Source: an uncultured delta proteobacterium
Lineage (GTDB): Bacteria > Desulfobacterota > Desulfomonilia > UBA1062
Assembly: GCA_963798485.1 (NCBI GenBank)
Contig: CAWCTR010000014.1
Coordinates: forward strand, 352,001 to 416,000
Direction: 5' to 3'
Length of the DNA stretch: 64,000 nt
Shown here: piece by piece, positions 20,191 through 29,577 of the stretch
Position numbering within the stretch: the stretch's first letter is position 1
Layout of the letters: each line of letters opens with the position of its first letter
Position numbers and translations under genes: made by a program
Notes under the pieces: model-generated
Database searches by the model: none
Seen by the model: the letters and a program-made list of their open reading frames with translations, nothing else
What the model was told of the DNA's origin: nothing

Positions 20191-20277
20191 CTCTATGATC
20201 TTATTAGAGACCAGGTGCCCCAGCATGGCACACCTGGCCGTATAGTCATCATAACGCGACTTCGTATTTCTTACCAT
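20185..20277 (-). pseudogene. Orphaned native 5' end of the small Cys-rich gene ([24 protein letters not shown]...)
   Basis: ATG overlaps the trpB2 stop region; reads in frame through attR, then stops after 6 element-derived codons. Confidence 0.8.
20206..20232. repeat. attR core
   Basis: Identical to 8395-8421. Confidence 0.92.
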
Positions 20278-21653
20278 TTCCCTGTCTTCGATATCTTGGG
20301 CTTAGGCAGCCCGTTCAAAGACCTGATAGATCTCTGGAGGTCTTCTTCAGGCAGCGGGAAGTCTATAAGCTTGCCCTCCATATAGCTCTCGTAGCCTTTG
20401 AGGTCCATGAGTCCATGCCCGCTCCAGTTAAAGAGGATGACCTTCTCCTTGCCCTCTTCTCTGGCCTTATTCGCCTCATCTATCACTGCCGCAATGGCAT
20501 GCGACGTCTCAGGCGCCGGGATAAACCCTTCGGTCCTGGCCCACAACATTGCACTCTCGTAACACTTGAGCTGGTTCACGGCCCGAGGTGTTATGAGCCC
20601 CTCAACAGCGGCAGCGCTTACCAGGGGCGCCATCCCGTGATAACGCAACCCCCCGGCATGGATCGGGGGCGAGACGAATTCATGTCCCAGGGAGTACATG
20701 GGCAGCAGCGGGGTCATCTTGGCAACATCACCGTGGTCATAGGCAAAAGGCGCCCGTGTCAAGGTAGGACAGGACGACGGTTCCACCGGGATAATGTCGA
20801 TCTGGGCACCGTTGATCTTGTCCAGTACAAAGGGGAATGCGATGCCGGCAAAATTGCTCCCGCCGCCGGCACATGCGATGACTATATCCACCTTTTTCTC
20901 ATTGATCTTTTCAAGCTGTTTCTTGGCTTCGAGCCCAATAATGGTCTGATGAAGCATTACATGGTTCAGTACGCTCCCAAGGGAATATCGCGTCTTCCCG
21001 GTCGGGTCGCTGACTGCCGCCTCAACGGCCTCGCTGATGGCTATGCCGAGGCTGCCCGGCGTATCCGGGTCCTTGGCCAGGATATCACGGCCCGCCTGTG
21101 TCTGGGTGGATGGGCTCGCTATGCATTCAGCACCCCATACGTTCATCATGAGCTTCCGGAAAGGCTTCTGCTCGAAACTGATCCGGACCATGAACACCTT
21201 GCATTCCAGTCCGATGAGGGCGCAGGCATAGGATAGTGCGCTTCCCCATTGCCCGGCGCCGGTTTCGGTGCAGATCTTTTCGATTCCGAACTGTTTATTA
21301 TACCAGGCCTGGGGTATGGCGGTATTCGGTTTGTGACTGCCGGCGGGAGAAACACCTTCATTCTTATAATAGATCTTGGCCGGTGTCTTGAGAGCCTTTT
21401 CAAGATAAACCGCTCTGTGGAGCGGGGACGGTCTCCACTGATACAGGAGTTCGAGAATTCCCTCAGGGATGTCTATCCAACGCTTCTGGCTCACTTCCTG
21501 CTCAATAAGATTCATGGGAAAAACAGGTGTAAGTGCCTCCGGCGTTACAGGGTTACCGTCGGGACCGAGCGGCGGCAGCATCGGTGTCGGCAAGTCAGCC
21601 GCCAGGTTATACCATTGTCTTGGGATTTCATCTTCTCGCAGAAAAACTTTCAT
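20271..21653 (-). CDS. trpB2: TrpB2-type tryptophan synthase beta-like PLP enzyme
   Basis: [26 protein letters not shown]. Confidence 0.93.
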   Translation of the reverse strand: MKVFLREDEIPRQWYNLAADLPTPMLPPLGPDGNPVTPEALTPVFPMNLIEQEVSQKRWIDIPEGILELLYQWRPSPLHRAVYLEKALKTPAKIYYKNEGVSPAGSHKPNTAIPQAWYNKQFGIEKICTETGAGQWGSALSYACALIGLECKVFMVRISFEQKPFRKLMMNVWGAECIASPSTQTQAGRDILAKDPDTPGSLGIAISEAVEAAVSDPTGKTRYSLGSVLNHVMLHQTIIGLEAKKQLEKINEKKVDIVIACAGGGSNFAGIAFPFVLDKINGAQIDIIPVEPSSCPTLTRAPFAYDHGDVAKMTPLLPMYSLGHEFVSPPIHAGGLRYHGMAPLVSAAAVEGLITPRAVNQLKCYESAMLWARTEGFIPAPETSHAIAAVIDEANKAREEGKEKVILFNWSGHGLMDLKGYESYMEGKLIDFPLPEEDLQRSIRSLNGLPKPKISKTGKW

Positions 21654-21914
21654 GCACAATCCTCCCTATTATTCTTTTATCACCATCACTAATTTCACTT
21701 TAAGCCCTATCAGTATCTGCCATGTATTGATGCAAGCAGAAAGATAACCGGCTTAAATGTTTCTATTTATAGAAACCTATCTCGATAGATAAGTCAAGAA
21801 AGTTTTTACGTTCCGGTTAAACCGAGCACCTTGGATATCTTGCCTAAAGTAACTGAACTATTTAATCCTTATAATCAGCGATAGCGATTCGGATAGTTAT
21901 TGGATAATTTTATG

Positions 21915-22493
21915 CTATTCTTTTTCTTCTGCGTCCGCGCTCACGCGCTTATTAAAGGTATTCATGGCTTTTGTCACCTCGCCCTCGAGGCAAAGCTCAA
22001 CCGCCTCGGTTGCCTTGTGGATCTGCTCCTGCACCGTGTCGTAGTCCTCTTTCGCAAACCTCCCCAGTACATAGTCGCTGGGGTCCCATTCCAAAGGCGG
22101 CCTGCCGATGCCGAAGCGGACGCGGAGGAATTCACCGGTGGACAGTGCTCCCTTTATGGAAATAAGTCCCTTGTGGCCCCCGGTGCCGCCCCCTGTCTTC
22201 ACGCGCACCTGGCCTAAGGGGATGTCCATATCGTCGTGGATCACGATGAGGTCTTCCGACTTGACGTAAAGGGGGTTCAGCGGCGCTCCGCTCAGGTTCA
22301 TGAAGGTCTGGGGCTGGCAGAGCATGGCCTCTATGCCTGCCACCTTGCCCGTGCCGAAGATGACATCCGCCTTTTTCTTCTTCATGGGTATGCCCCACTT
22401 CCTGGCAAGGAGGTCCACCACCATGAAGCCGACATTGTGCCGCGTCAGCTCATAGCGCCTGCCCGGGTTGCCGAGACCGTATATTACTTTCAT
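21915..22493 (-). CDS. pth: Peptidyl-tRNA hydrolase
   Basis: GLGNPG, TRHNVG, HDDMD, GGHKG. Confidence 0.95.
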   Translation of the reverse strand: MKVIYGLGNPGRRYELTRHNVGFMVVDLLARKWGIPMKKKKADVIFGTGKVAGIEAMLCQPQTFMNLSGAPLNPLYVKSEDLIVIHDDMDIPLGQVRVKTGGGTGGHKGLISIKGALSTGEFLRVRFGIGRPPLEWDPSDYVLGRFAKEDYDTVQEQIHKATEAVELCLEGEVTKAMNTFNKRVSADAEEKE

Positions 22494-22609
22494 CCCTGCA
22501 CCACTATCCCCCAGAGATTTATGACTCTTATATCTCCTGTATTGAACCACATTCTCTACAGAATATCATTGCCAAGATGTAAATTCACCTGAATTTATTC
22601 AAGCCCGCT

Positions 22610-22638
22610 TTGCCTGCATAGGGTGAACATGCTATCAT
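22610..22638 (+). promoter_or_regulatory. Sigma70 promoter for uvrC (TTGCCT-17-TATCAT, extended -10)
   Basis: TGcTATCAT lies 7 nt before the ATG; no SD. Confidence 0.5.
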
Positions 22639-22645
22639 CTAAACC

Positions 22646-24406
22646 ATGGCGCTGACAGAAGAACTTATCAAGAGTTTGCCCAAGGCCACGGGCGTGTACA
22701 TCCTCAGGGACCCTTCGAGCAAGATCATCTACATCGGCAAGGCAAAAGATCTAAGGACCCGTCTGCGCTCCTACCTCAAAGGAGATGACCGGCTTCAGGT
22801 TGGCCGGATCGTGGATACTACGCAACAGATAGACTATATCCTCACCAACAACGAGGCCGAGGCCCTGCTGCTGGAAAACCAGCTCATCAAGACCCACAAG
22901 CCCCGGTACAACATCGACCTCAAGGATGACAAAACCTATGTCAGCATTAAGGTGACCACCAAGGACGAGTGGCCCTCCATCTTAATCACCCGCAAGGTGA
23001 CCTCCGACGGATCACGCTACTTCGGCCCCTACTCCTCGGCCCAGGCCACACGCAACACCCTTTCCGCCATCGGCCGTATCTTCCCCATCAGACGCTGCAA
23101 GGACACGGAGTTTGCCAACCGCACCAGGCCGTGCATCTATCACTCAATCGGCCTGTGTCTAGCGCCATGTGTCTACAAGTCCGTGAGAAAGGAATATGAC
23201 CAGGCCGTAGTCGACCTCGTAGCCTTTCTTGAGGGCAGGGACAAGGAACTGGAAAGGCACCTGCAGGGGCGCATGCTCAAGGAATCCGAAGAACTCAACT
23301 TTGAAAAGGCAGCCAAGATTAGGGACCAGATCGATGCCATCCGCATAACGCTGGTTCCCCAGGTGATAGTAGGCCAGGGACGCGGTGACACGAATGTGTT
23401 CGCCACATTCAGGTCCCGGAGCCATATCCAGGTGGCAGTGCTGCGGATTACCAGGGGCACACTCACGGACAGCCGCAATATCCTGGTAAAACAGGCGGCC
23501 GAAGAAGACCTCATGACCACCATTATGCTCCAGTTCTACCTGGCGGGTGGTAAGATCCCGGGGTACATCTTTACCGATACCCTGCCCCAGGATAGACGCA
23601 TGCTCCAAGAGGTGCTGGGCACCCTCAAAGGCAGCCTGGTGAAGATAATAAAGCCCTCCAGGGGAAAACCCATGCAGTGGATGGCCATGGCACAAAATAA
23701 CGCACGCACCCACGCGCGGGGCTCGGACACCTCGGCCTTAGAAGAGATTGCCAAGGCATTCCACCTGGGTTCCATCCCCTACCGGATGGAGTGCTACGAC
23801 ATATCCAACCTCCAAGGCGGGTCGGCAACAGGATCGCGCGTGGTGTTCATGGATGGCGAGCCGGACAAGACGCTGTACCGCCACTATCGTATCCGCACTG
23901 TTATTGGTCAGGACGACTTCGCCATGCTCAAGGAGGTCTTTGAGCGCAGGCTTATACGTGATGAGACCAGGCCCGACTTCATCGTGATAGACGGCGGCAA
24001 AGGCCAGTTGGGCGTGTTCCTGAAAGTGCTCGAAGACCTTGGTGTGCCTAAAATACCGCTTGTGTCCATGGCAAAGGCCCACGGTTCAAAGATTGACCGG
24101 TTCTTCCTGCCCGGCAGGAAAGATGCCATTCGCCTGCCAGAGCGGAGCGAGGGTTTACGGACCCTGCAGCGGCTCAGGGATGAGGCGCACCGCTTTGCCG
24201 TGAAATACCACCGCCAGCTGCGCTCCAAACAGTCTTCATCTGTGTTTGAAAATATCCCGGGTATTGGTCCGGAAAAGGCCAGAACCCTTCTCAAACACAC
24301 CTCGCATATTTCAGACCCTTCAATGATTTCGCCTGCAGACCTTCAAGGCATTAAAGGTTTGAGCAGAAAAGATATTGAGAATATCATATCTTTTTTCAAA
24401 AAATAG
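22646..24406 (+). CDS. uvrC: Excinuclease ABC subunit C
   Basis: GVY...IYIGKAK GIY-YIG, ECYDIS, DGGKGQ, RDEAHRFA. Confidence 0.95.
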   Translation: MALTEELIKSLPKATGVYILRDPSSKIIYIGKAKDLRTRLRSYLKGDDRLQVGRIVDTTQQIDYILTNNEAEALLLENQLIKTHKPRYNIDLKDDKTYVSIKVTTKDEWPSILITRKVTSDGSRYFGPYSSAQATRNTLSAIGRIFPIRRCKDTEFANRTRPCIYHSIGLCLAPCVYKSVRKEYDQAVVDLVAFLEGRDKELERHLQGRMLKESEELNFEKAAKIRDQIDAIRITLVPQVIVGQGRGDTNVFATFRSRSHIQVAVLRITRGTLTDSRNILVKQAAEEDLMTTIMLQFYLAGGKIPGYIFTDTLPQDRRMLQEVLGTLKGSLVKIIKPSRGKPMQWMAMAQNNARTHARGSDTSALEEIAKAFHLGSIPYRMECYDISNLQGGSATGSRVVFMDGEPDKTLYRHYRIRTVIGQDDFAMLKEVFERRLIRDETRPDFIVIDGGKGQLGVFLKVLEDLGVPKIPLVSMAKAHGSKIDRFFLPGRKDAIRLPERSEGLRTLQRLRDEAHRFAVKYHRQLRSKQSSSVFENIPGIGPEKARTLLKHTSHISDPSMISPADLQGIKGLSRKDIENIISFFKK

Positions 24407-24430
24407 GGGTGCCTCAAGGGACAACATATT

Positions 24431-24588
24431 TTGTAGGTTGGGTTGAGGGACGAGACCTAACACACCCGGCGGAATATATTGCAAACTGGTTGAATCAAGC
24501 CACCTATAGGTTTGCCAGGAATTTGATTTTTTATGGTATCATGATGCAATCGGTATAGTTGGGTTTCGTCCCTCAACCCAACCTACAA
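24431..24588. repeat. GTAG-type REP inverted doublet
   Basis: TTGTAGGTTGGGTTGAGGGACGAGACCTAAC and near-perfect reverse complement at 24558-24588. Confidence 0.8.
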
Positions 24589-24666
24589 CTACAACTTTCC
24601 TTTTTCGGAAAGGATGAATAAACTCCTGTCTTCCCATTTCCAAAGTGCTGTTCTATATACAGCGTC

Positions 24667-27144
24667 ATGACTGACATTGATAAGGACTCACCTTTTATAT
24701 TTACCGGAAAGTACGGGCCGCTGCTGAGGCCTTTCATCAAGAGCATCTTCTCACCCATCAACCTCCCGGAGCTCTACAAGGAATCCATCACCTCGCTCGC
24801 CGGGCAGGGCCACATCGTGTTCGCTCATGGCTCAAAAAGCGCCATTGACGCCCTGTTGCTCAACTTCAGGCTCAAGCGGGACGGCCTGCCCTACCCTGAC
24901 CTTATCTTCGGGCGCTCCTTCCCGTTGTTCCAGCCCGCAACTAAGGCCTTTCGGCGCCTGCCGGGCAAGCTTGCAGGTTCATCCCCGTTCGATAACGGAT
25001 TCTACAGGACATTTATGGAGGGCCAGTACAACGCATCCCTGATCTTTCTTGACAGCGAGCAGTCAAAAAGATTGCCTGATCCGATCCTTGAACTCCTCAA
25101 GACCCAGCGTGAGACAGACACACCCATTTTCCTCGTGCCCCAACGCATTGTCTACCAGCGCGCCCCGCTCAAGCTCAAGGACCCCTCGGACGAAGAACAG
25201 ATGAGGGTCACGGGCTTCAGAAAGTTCATAACCCTTTTCAGGGGGCGGGAACACGGTTTCGTAGAGCATGGTGAGCCCATCAACCTGAAAGATGAGCTCA
25301 AGCGGGCCCAGACCGGGCGTAAATTCTTTGAGGAGATTGCCGTGGAGATTCGGGGAGAACTTCTCCACAGGCTGGCAGTGTTGGGCAGCAATATCTCAGG
25401 CGCACCCATCAGAGAACGGTCTTTCCTTATCGAGAAGACTATGCGCGACCCCATGCTCCAATCCTTTCTGAAATCATTCTCCACTGAATCAGGAAACTCC
25501 GTGAAAGAACTCGAAGACTCTGTGGGCCGAAACCTCGACCAGATCGCCGCAGACTTGACCCCTGCCGCCATCAATTTCATGGCAAATTCGCTTAACTGGA
25601 TCTTCAATAATATATTCGACGGCATCGATAATGACCCCAAGGGCATGCAGGCAGTCAAAGATATCGCCAGGAAAGGCTCACTCGTATACGTACCCTGCCA
25701 CAAGAGCCATATCGACTACCTCATCCTGTCTTACTGGCTGTACGAGAACTGGATGAGCGTTCCCCTCATCGCAGCCGGCATCAACCTCGCCTTCTTCCCC
25801 ATAGGGACCCTGCTCAGGAAAGGCGGCGCCTTTTTCATGAAGCGCACCTTCAAGGACAATCCCGTCTATGCCCAGACGTTCAGCGCCTATGTAAGGACCC
25901 TGCTGGGCGAACGCATTCCCCTGGAGTTCTTCATCGAAGGAACCAGGAGCCGCTCCGGCAAGCTCATGCTCCCCAAAAAGGGGCTCTTATCCATGATCAT
26001 CCAGGGCTGGGAGTCCGGGGTGAGCAGGGACGTTATCTTCGTGCCGGTCTATGTGGGTTATGACACGGTAGTGGAGGAGAACTCGCATATCAGGGAGATG
26101 AAAGGCGCAGCCAAACAGAAGGAGAACTTCTGGCAGCTCCTCAAGGCCGGTTCAATCCTGAAGAACCGTTATGGCAAGGTGTATATCCGCTTTGCAAAGC
26201 CCATCTCACTCAATGAATATATGGTGCAAAGGTCTGCCTATTCTGAAATGGATTCCGAGCAGAAGGAAGGCGTAAATGACAACGTGGCGGATGAGATCAT
26301 CCAGGCCATCTACGAGCAGACCGTTGCCACCCCTTTTGCCGTCATGTCGTGCGTACTCATGAGCACTGCCTCGTCCCTGGAAGAGGTTGCACTGAAAAAG
26401 GGCTTCCATATCTATCTGGATTATCTCAAGCACCTCGGGTGCAACCTCAGCGCATCCCTTGCCAAAGAGGAGGAGGCGTTCCGGGATGCCCTTACCATTA
26501 TAAAGGTTAAAGGGCTTATCACCATCGACGAGGCTGCAGGCGAGTCTGAATCAAACCTCATAACCGTCGACAGTGAAGACCGGATACACCTTGAGTATTA
26601 TAAGAACACCATCCTCAATTTTTTTGTCCCGGCATCGCTCGTTTCAAGCGTGCTCCTAAAGAATCCTCACGGAATTGCCGACAAGGCATTTCAAGAACAG
26701 GTCAGAAACCTGGCAGCTCTCCTGGAGAACGAGTTTATTCTCAACGGACAGAGCGTGGATAAGGCACTACAGTTCATGACCCAAACAGGGATTGTTACGA
26801 CTACGAAAGGGATGTATGCCGGAAGCGCCGGGACCACTGATACCCTCAAAATGTACGCCGGACTCATCGAGAACTACCTGGAATCCTATCTCTGCGTGGC
26901 CAGGAACCTCGAAAAGGTCAAGGGCGTGAGCAATAAGGACATCCTGAAGGCAATCAACCGACATGCCACCAGAATGTTCAAGATGGGGGAGATCAAGCGG
27001 TTCGAGTCCTTGTGCCTTCCGGTGTATAAAGGGGCATTGGATACGTTTAGGGCAAAAGGACTCATCGATGATAAGAACCGCATCAAAGATGAGCGTCCCA
27101 TCAAGGAGCTTGTTCATGAGATCGAGGGATATCTGGAAGTATAG
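24667..27144 (+). CDS. plsB: Glycerol-3-phosphate acyltransferase (PlsB-like)
   Basis: HKSHIDY, GAFFMKR, FFIEGTRSRSGK. Confidence 0.88.
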   Translation: MTDIDKDSPFIFTGKYGPLLRPFIKSIFSPINLPELYKESITSLAGQGHIVFAHGSKSAIDALLLNFRLKRDGLPYPDLIFGRSFPLFQPATKAFRRLPGKLAGSSPFDNGFYRTFMEGQYNASLIFLDSEQSKRLPDPILELLKTQRETDTPIFLVPQRIVYQRAPLKLKDPSDEEQMRVTGFRKFITLFRGREHGFVEHGEPINLKDELKRAQTGRKFFEEIAVEIRGELLHRLAVLGSNISGAPIRERSFLIEKTMRDPMLQSFLKSFSTESGNSVKELEDSVGRNLDQIAADLTPAAINFMANSLNWIFNNIFDGIDNDPKGMQAVKDIARKGSLVYVPCHKSHIDYLILSYWLYENWMSVPLIAAGINLAFFPIGTLLRKGGAFFMKRTFKDNPVYAQTFSAYVRTLLGERIPLEFFIEGTRSRSGKLMLPKKGLLSMIIQGWESGVSRDVIFVPVYVGYDTVVEENSHIREMKGAAKQKENFWQLLKAGSILKNRYGKVYIRFAKPISLNEYMVQRSAYSEMDSEQKEGVNDNVADEIIQAIYEQTVATPFAVMSCVLMSTASSLEEVALKKGFHIYLDYLKHLGCNLSASLAKEEEAFRDALTIIKVKGLITIDEAAGESESNLITVDSEDRIHLEYYKNTILNFFVPASLVSSVLLKNPHGIADKAFQEQVRNLAALLENEFILNGQSVDKALQFMTQTGIVTTTKGMYAGSAGTTDTLKMYAGLIENYLESYLCVARNLEKVKGVSNKDILKAINRHATRMFKMGEIKRFESLCLPVYKGALDTFRAKGLIDDKNRIKDERPIKELVHEIEGYLEV

Positions 27145-27754
27145 CCATCATGTCTTCACCATCGCCATTATTGTCCTTCTTTCGGGTTGCGCACACTATC
27201 AGCGTCCCGGCGTGGGGTATGTAGAGACCGGTACAGCCTCGTGGTATGGCCAGGATTTCCAAGGCAAGCCCACGGCTTCAGGCGAGCCCTACAACATGTA
27301 CGGGATAACTGCGGCCCATAAGACCATACCGCTCGGGAGCACGGTGCGCGTAACGAACCTTGCGAACGGACACCAGGTCATCGTCCCCATCAACGACCGA
27401 GGCCCGTTTGTGGGAGACAGGATCATCGATATGTCATACGGCGCTGCCAAAGAGCTCGAAATGGTGGATTGCGGGCTTGCAAAGGTTCGGGTCGAGGTGG
27501 TCGAGATGCCCAGGTATTATTCCGGCGGCAGATACACCCTGCAGTTCGGATCGTTTGCCGAGAAGGACAATGCCCGCAAGCTCTCCGGCATGCTCGATGC
27601 CAGGGGTTACACCGCAAACATCGAGGAGGCCAAGGTCTATGGCAATATCGTATACCGCGTGCGGTTCGGTGCATTCACCTCGCTCGACCTTGCCAAGTCT
27701 TTTGAGCAAAAATGCACCTCACAAGGGCTCACGTGCTTTGTGGTGGGGTTGTGA
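27116..27754 (+). CDS. rlpA: Septal ring lytic transglycosylase RlpA with SPOR domain
   Basis: LSGC lipobox, ASWYG, AAHKT, INDRGPF, C-terminal SPOR. Confidence 0.9.
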   Translation: MRSRDIWKYSHHVFTIAIIVLLSGCAHYQRPGVGYVETGTASWYGQDFQGKPTASGEPYNMYGITAAHKTIPLGSTVRVTNLANGHQVIVPINDRGPFVGDRIIDMSYGAAKELEMVDCGLAKVRVEVVEMPRYYSGGRYTLQFGSFAEKDNARKLSGMLDARGYTANIEEAKVYGNIVYRVRFGAFTSLDLAKSFEQKCTSQGLTCFVVGL

Positions 27755-28222
27755 GATAAAACTCTTCCACCACAGGATCAAAAGAAAATGGGTAATACCC
27801 ATGCTTTGATCAATATAAAATAAGAGATTATATTTCATGATCTATTCTTGATCAGCTGCAAGAGCTACTAATGATTTGACGATGATATCATCAGTATAAT
27901 CAAAGCGTTGATACTGGCACCCATTAAAAGGCCCCTGTCAACAAAAACATAGTTCACCGTCGCACTTTTTTTTGCAGGTCTAACGTACAGCCAGCTAGGA
28001 CCATTCCAATGACTCCCTTTCTGCGCCCTATTTTTCACGATACTCAGGTGACGGATAATGATCCGCACCAGGCACCCATCCGGCTTTAGACTGTACACTG
28101 AGAGGATGAAATCAGAAGAGTAGCCCTCTCCACCTGTACGTCCCTGACAGCATCTGCTGTCCCAGAAAAATATCGGTTCCTTGTCATGTTCAATTGTAAG
28201 TGACACGATAAAAGGCTCTTCC

Positions 28223-28372
28223 GGCCACACCATACAGACTCATGGCAAAGGCAGATCTGAATCATAGCAACTTCCCCGCTGGATTCTTGTTTATATGAGA
28301 GGGGTAAACGGCGGAGCAACCACGAAAAGGGTTCTTAGCCACCAGAATCACTGTCTCGCCGTTTTCCCCTGC
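28223..28372 (-). ncRNA. Putative bridge/seekRNA region
   Basis: 14-bp stem 28300-28313/28357-28370 enclosing short matches to the target; donor match at 28260-28265. Confidence 0.55.
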
Positions 28373-29398
28373 TCAGCAAAAGAGCAGCTCTTCCTTGAAT
28401 TCAACCCCATCCCTGAGGATATAATAGCAGGCCCTGGCCAGCTTACTTGCTATGGTCTTGACCGCTACCATCTTGTGAGTCTTCGAAGCCTTCCTCTTGT
28501 AGTAGCCGGAGATCTTGGGGGATTGCCTCATTGAGAGATACGCCGCCTCGATAAATGCCCAGGCCAGATACCGGTTCCCATTCTTTACATTGCCTTTGCC
28601 CTTGCTCTTCCCATTGGATAACCTGCCGGTAGGGACACACCGGCAATACGAAGAGAAGTTACCCACTGATGAAAATCGTGAGATGTCCCCCACCTCCAGC
28701 ATGATCGTCATGGCTAGGATATCACCGATCCCGGGAACCATGTGCAGCTTCTCAAAAGCATCTCTTATCTTCACTTCTCTCTTGACCGTCTTCTCGATAT
28801 TCCTGATGTTCTTCCCGAGAAAGGTTATGGTCTCAAGGCTCGTTGTCCCAAGGAGCACGAGGTGTTCTTCCTTCAGTATCTGCTGAATGTCTTCTGCCTT
28901 GACCTTCCTCAAGGCATTCGCACTCATGTGCACGCCAGTGTTTCGCTCGATCATCGACTGAAGCGAGATGATATGGGCTGTCCTTTGCTTTACCAGGAAG
29001 GATCTCTTCCTCAGCAGGTCCCGAACCGGTCGCTCTTCCTTGGGATAAATATATCCTTCGGGGAGGATCCCAAGAGACAGCATCTGCGCCAGCCAGAACG
29101 CATCGTGCCTGTCATCAGCGTACTTGAGTCCTTTGTACTGTTGTATTGCTGCAGGATTGGCCAGATGCACACAGTCATATCCAGCCTCATTCAACCCATC
29201 TACTAACCAATACCAATTAAAAGTGCTCTCGACAGCTATCCCCCTGATCTCCTCACGGTAAGGGGCCAGGGTCCAGACAACCTCGTCCAGGTTATTCCTT
29301 ACCCGCTTCTCGAAAACTCGCTTCATTGTCCCTTTCTCGATCAGTCCGATGTAAGTGTTCCCTGAATGTAGATCCAACCCGGCATGCAGCTCTCTCAT
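28373..29398 (-). CDS. IS110 DEDD transposase/recombinase
   Basis: GLDLHS, VEST, DRHDA, VPGIG, KNGNRYL. Confidence 0.95.
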   Translation of the reverse strand: MRELHAGLDLHSGNTYIGLIEKGTMKRVFEKRVRNNLDEVVWTLAPYREEIRGIAVESTFNWYWLVDGLNEAGYDCVHLANPAAIQQYKGLKYADDRHDAFWLAQMLSLGILPEGYIYPKEERPVRDLLRKRSFLVKQRTAHIISLQSMIERNTGVHMSANALRKVKAEDIQQILKEEHLVLLGTTSLETITFLGKNIRNIEKTVKREVKIRDAFEKLHMVPGIGDILAMTIMLEVGDISRFSSVGNFSSYCRCVPTGRLSNGKSKGKGNVKNGNRYLAWAFIEAAYLSMRQSPKISGYYKRKASKTHKMVAVKTIASKLARACYYILRDGVEFKEELLFC

Positions 29399-29577
29399 GA
29401 CACACCTCCTATTGACTTAGTACTTGTATTATAGCCGTGCGATGTTGGCGGAGGTGCCTTTTAGATGATTATCACGATATCAACGGTTTCTATCGATACG
29501 AGATGTTATACATATCGTTAATGAACTTTAATACGCTATGTCTGAAGTATAGATTAGATGGAGTGATTGGTGATATC

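Larger units (their letters stand above)
8395..20232. mobile_element. Integrative element (tyrosine integrase, Xis, Rep_trans) with surface-modification cargo
   Basis: Identical 27-bp direct repeats at both ends; integrase ends 15 bp from attR; AT-rich cargo. Confidence 0.9.
28204..29472 (-). mobile_element. IS110-family (IS1111-like) element
   Basis: Sub-terminal IRs at 28209-28222 and 29450-29463; TATCGTG at both junctions; long 3' non-coding region. Confidence 0.85.

Noticed and set aside
8395-20232. Element as a filamentous or tailed prophage
   Set aside because: No Zot/pI ATPase, coat, capsid, terminase or tail genes
27868-28233. 121-aa ORF downstream of the IS110
   Set aside because: Starts inside the IS end, the rebuilt pre-insertion frame has an upstream stop, and no motifs are recognisable
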